The position numbers and the translations under genes were made by a program. From NCBI GenBank assembly GCA_002269645.1, contig NIVC01002214.1:1-64000 (forward strand): a stretch of 64,000 bases of DNA, given 5' to 3'. Shown here piece by piece: positions 59,001 through 64,000 of this stretch (position 1 is its first letter; every line of letters begins with the position of its first letter). Below the pieces are notes generated by a model that saw nothing but the letters and a program-made list of their open reading frames with translations, had not been told where the DNA came from and made no database searches. Source of the DNA: Macrostomum lignano. Taxonomy: Eukaryota.

Positions 59001-59551
59001 CCTAAATTAAAAAAGCAAACCAGTTAAAAATTTATAATGCTTTCATTAGGTAAAGGGCACCAAAAAGCATAGGCACAGAAAGTATGGTCTGGAAACCCCA
59101 AAAACACAAGTAAAATATTTAATTTGTTGTCAAATTTTGTCAAGAATGTAAAAATTATTTCAAAACTTGTATATTTTACAATTTCCCTTTGTCTTACCAC
59201 AATTTATGCTGTATGGGTCAGATAAGCTAGGTTGGCTAGCAGTTGTGGATAGGATAATCTTAAGGATATATCTTAAGATGTCATAGTTTATATTGCGACT
59301 TGCCTCTAGGCTATAGCTCCTATTGAAACCAAGGGCTGCTTATGTGGAGATTAAGTAATGATGATAAATAGTGAGCTGTCAAATTATTTTTTCTTAATCA
59401 ATGGCAAACTGTTTGTATTGCCAGAATAATTGGTTGGTTTTGCAATTAAATTTAAGTAGAACACAAAGAATTCAGTTTTCTGTGACCAATATTACCTTTA
59501 TCTAAGGTCGCATTTGCATTGCCTATTCTGCATGCGCATCCTCTGAACGCA

Positions 59552-59725
59552 ATGGCTCGGTCTAGAGCTTCTGCTCGCAAAGGGAAGAGCAAGGCCAAGA
59601 AGGGCAAGAAGGGAGCCGCCAAGAAGGCCTCCCCTGCCAAGAATGCCAAGGCCAGCAAGGCTACAGCCAAGCAGGTGAAGGATGCCGCCAAGCAGGCCGC
59701 TGACGCCCAGGCTGACAGCAAGTGA
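59552..59725 (+). CDS. Short Lys/Ala-rich basic protein (57 aa; H1-tail/protamine-like, or mature part of a secreted cationic peptide)
   Basis: MARSRASARKGKSKAKKGKKGAAKKASPAKNAKASKATAKQVKDAAKQAADAQADSK*; GC-rich island with exon-like codon use (AAG, GCC) in AT-rich DNA. Confidence 0.65.
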   Translation: MARSRASARKGKSKAKKGKKGAAKKASPAKNAKASKATAKQVKDAAKQAADAQADSK

Positions 59726-60562
59726 TGGAGCCGGCCATCATGTCTGACTCGGGCATGGCCCAGACTGTTTCTGTTGTCTCCTATTTAAATTTTGCAATAC
59801 TGTCCTGCACTGGGCGCCTCCCTATCTAGTATTTTAGCGCGGTTTTTATCTATCAAAAAACCAAAGAATTGACATACCTGTACTCTATTGCAATTCATTT
59901 CTGAGTCTTACCGTACTCACCCCCAGTTTGTTCAGCAGTGCTACTGCTCTGGGGCAAGCAGCTGACTGTTTAAACTTACAATTTCAGCAGATGTTCCGCT
60001 TTTTTTATTTTTTCAGAAAACATTGCTGTTTACCATTTTTTCGCGTAAAAATCTTTTTAACAGCTCCCCACTGTACTGTCGGGAAGGCTTGTTTTAGCAA
60101 AAGTATCCCTTCATTGTTTATCAAACTTACATTAGTTCAGTGTGAAAAAATACATCTTTTATCTCAGTCCCTTCAAAATGAAGTCTATTGTCATTTAAAC
60201 CTGCTTGCTAGTTTAAAATTGATTTTAGTAAGGCGGTATTTACTATCACAGCAATTTAAACTAAATGGGAGCAGCGGGCAGGGTACACTGGAAGGACATG
60301 GACTAACCAGGCTCGAACATTTTGGAACCTGCTTGAAATGCTGGGAATTCGTTTATGATATATTTGATTAATTTGACATTTCATAAGAATTCCTGAAGCA
60401 TGGTGATGGTTAGGGGGCCTGCAGTGCTAGTATTTCAAGACAGCTAAGCCTGATTTTGTGCACCTGCGTTGCTCAGTGCAGTAAGACTATTGGGAGCCCA
60501 TTGGCATGCATTCCCACCCATTGCGAACTGACTATTGGAAAATCGAATGCATGATGACGTAA

Positions 60563-60994
<432 letters not shown>

Positions 60995-62299
60995 GCGCTG
61001 TTTAGCACTCTTGCGAAACTCGTACTGGCTGCAGACTCTTCTGTAAATAGGTGGCGTTTTTTGTGTCTAATTTCTATTTAGCATTGTCAGCTATTTCTAT
61101 TAATATATCAACACTTTCTGTGGTATGTTGCGTCCCGCACAAAACATTGTGTTATTTGTGACAATTTCATCACCACTATTTTATCTTAGCCAGCATTGGC
61201 AGCAGGCAAAGCACCCGTGTTGGCTGTCCGCTGTTGACAATTGCACTGATTCGCGTAATAATTGTTGCGTTTTCGTTTCTGTCGCTTTTATCCAATTTTT
61301 ACTTTTTTATTAATTGCAAATTACTGGCGTTTAGCGTTATTTTCGTGTGAATAAGTCTTGCTAATTATTGACGAAATTATAAATACACCGAATACTGCTA
61401 GTGAGCGACTGGCCTTTGCTAACAACATCTCTCTGAGGCCCGCAGCAAACCGTTAAAAACAAAATTATGATTCTACGACGTAAATGTGTTTGTTAGTTTT
61501 CTGTACACGGCTGTAATGCAGCCAATCGGGGTTGTCCTCGACGGCGACATGTATGTCGAACATGCTGAATCCTCACCGTGGCAGGCTAATTCCTCCGCCT
61601 GCACGATGCAAACCTACTGTGCGATGGTTGCACACGGATAAGGAGATTTCGGTGAAAATCCAGCCCCGGGCGGCAATCATGATTGGTGCGGACATTTGTG
61701 TGTACTCGTAATACTCGTACTCTCGTATCTCAATGACTATAGTACACAAAGGCGAATCGTGTACATGTAGGACAGGATATGCACTTCTACCTTCTGGGGC
61801 ATTTTGAAAGCTGCTGGCTTATGCGAAAAATGTACGTACTTTAGTTTTGGTGTACATGTACACTAAAGACATCTGAATCTAGTGTGGTACTTTTGGAATA
61901 ATTGATATCCAACTTTAAGTACGTGTACCGCGCGGTATGGCTGGGTTTCACTGATTGTTGCAAAGCTTTTTTGAAGCCAGATTTTAATATAAGCATGCAA
62001 GCATGTTGCAAAAGTGCATGTAATGCCTTGCCCATTAGCATGATGAGCTGTATTTATACACAGTCATGTACATATTTACTCATACTTTAAAGGCCTTAAC
62101 TTTTGGCTTCCGTGATTTCAAAACCCTTGATAAAGCATCTTAAGTACAATCGTAGGCAATTTATTTATGCACAACAATGAGGAAGGCGAAAATGTAAGGC
62201 TTTGATCTCAGAGTCTTTTTGTCTCAGCTTTCTCCATACTGATAGGGGAGAGCTATAGTTGCATACTTTGGGCCTCCTCACTCCTCAGAAGCCCCCTTG

Positions 62300-63260
62300 C
62301 CCATGGAGCCCAGGATCCAAGGCTCAGTGAGTTTAGTCAGGTCAGTCGTCAATTATGGGGATCACAAACGTTGCCAAACCACTGAGGCGGTGCGCGAAGT
62401 CTCAGAGCGGTGCAACTCAGTGGCGTTGGCGGCGCCGTCTAGTTGCCCGTCGTCCAGCTGTTGCGGCCAGCCTCTAGCTGTGTCATCGGCCCCGTCACCC
62501 CAGCCGCGCGCGGTGGTCATCCAGGATGCAGCGGCTGATGTGCCAGCGGCTGCCATCCGTCAGAGTGATTGTGTTGCCCTCACGACTGACGACTGTTTGT
62601 TGCTCGGAGACGCCGCTGCTGAGCTTTCCACGCCTCGGCCGACGGGCGCGGATGCGGACGCGGCTCCCGACAGTCAGCGCTGCGTCCTTGATCAGCGGCT
62701 GGTTCTGCATGCTGGCGCATCCGGCGACGGCTCTTGGCCTTCTATGCTGCTGTCGCTCTGGGACGCTGCGCCGCAGCTCCTGGTCCGTCGTTGACTCGGT
62801 GCTTGCTGGTCAAAGACAATCAAGAGGCAGGCGGAGCTTCCGTCATAGCATCAGCCGGCAACTTCTTGGTCAGCGTGTGCTCGGATGACCGATACTCTAG
62901 AAGCAGCTTCCTGAACCATACCTGCTTCACCGGTTTGGGCCGAGATAAGAACCTTATTAACTAACGAGCTTTATATTTAGATTTTCCCTGCAGGCCGTAG
63001 GCGAGAAGTGCGCACATTTAATGAGGTCTTGATGAATCCGTTAAACCTCTCGACTCCGCCATTCTGCTGTGGGCAGTAGAACGGAGTGGCGACCTTGATG
63101 TCGATCAGCGAGCTGAGGAAGTCTGTGAACTCAGTCGACAAAAACTGAGGTCCGAATTGTCCATGGTAATTTCGTGTGGAAGTCCTTAGCGGACGAACAG
63201 CTGCGAAGAGCTTCGATACAAGTGAATTAGATGGCTTTCTGCTTCCCGATTTAGGCACTT
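62300..63260 (-). mobile_element. Degenerate Ty3/Gypsy integrase fragment
   Basis: GPQFLSTEFTDFL..TPFYCPQQNGGVERFNGFIK, then VGSRVRIR..KL..TLTDGSRWHISRC; stops and frameshifts. Confidence 0.8.
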
Positions 63261-64000
63261 AAGCTTAACCTTATTAAGTCTCGAGCCTCTTCTCTCGGAA
63301 GTCTTAATTTCTTTCGTAGCTCTCAGTAGCGCACGTAGGTAGTGCTGCCACTTTGCAGAATTGCAAGGCGATAGCGAGAGTTGGGCCTGTGGGCCTTGGC
63401 TGTCGTGAGAGACAAACTTAACAGTGAATACTTAACTAATTGTGCATTTCGTGAATTGTCAGAGAACATCCTGATATTACGTTCACGATATTCGTGTATA
63501 AATCCGGAAATTCTTTATTTCTTTTCATTTGGCTTTTCTTTTTTTCTTCACCTGTCTGTTTTAGCTAGCCTGGACTTAGGCATATTGACTGTTACTAACT
63601 CAGCTGAACTGCCATACTTTTATTATTCGACGATTGACATCAAAGTAATTTTTAAGCTCTCATGTGGTCATTTATCTATTTCGCTCCTGCAGAATTTACT
63701 TTCTGGTAGTTGAACTCTCAGTCTAGTGAACTTCAATTGCAATGAACTTCCAAGCTCAATTTAAACTGTAGCTGTTCGTGTGCAGTTACTTTGGAAAGTT
63801 CAGCATAGATAATGAATTTGCATTTACCACCATGAATCAACTTTATTTTTACAATGAGTGATTTACATAGGCTGGTAGGCCCTAGGTAGCCTAGCTTCTC
63901 AAGTTCTCACTCATGACTCATTTGTTAGCTTCCCAAATATTAGGCTGCAACCTTATCTAACCTAAGTCTAAGATAAGGATGTTAAAGCAAAAAGCATCAG

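Overview
Eukaryotic (metazoan) genomic DNA with GT-AG introns, GC-rich exons, AT-rich introns and many tandem repeats. Its style is reminiscent of a free-living flatworm such as Macrostomum, but that is inference only. The first ~10 kb is the right-hand part of a Polinton/Maverick (virus-like DNA transposon). It holds a frameshifted packaging-ATPase tail, two conserved Polinton-type ORFs, a DEDD-like exonuclease, a clear TATA-binding-protein (TBP) homologue, a convergent intact protein-primed family-B DNA polymerase with a probable spliced N-terminus, a Cys/His-rich orphan ORF and a candidate ACTACT terminus at ~10,014. The rest is host DNA: two tandem two-exon trypsin-family proteases sharing a 237-bp identical tract, a 10-exon three-KH-domain PCBP/mub gene (-), a SEPT6-group septin (+), a selenocysteine tRNA gene in a septin intron with a 6-nt D-arm duplication, a short Lys/Ala-rich basic ORF, and an intronless H3.3-like gene. 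TE relics include LINE fragments, a mariner, a Gypsy integrase and four MITE families with 8-bp TSDs, one of which carries a 64-bp 28S rRNA-like segment. The top candidates for novelty are the TBP-encoding Polinton, the 28S-bearing MITE and the variant tRNA-Sec. Homologies were recognised by eye from motifs; no database search was run.
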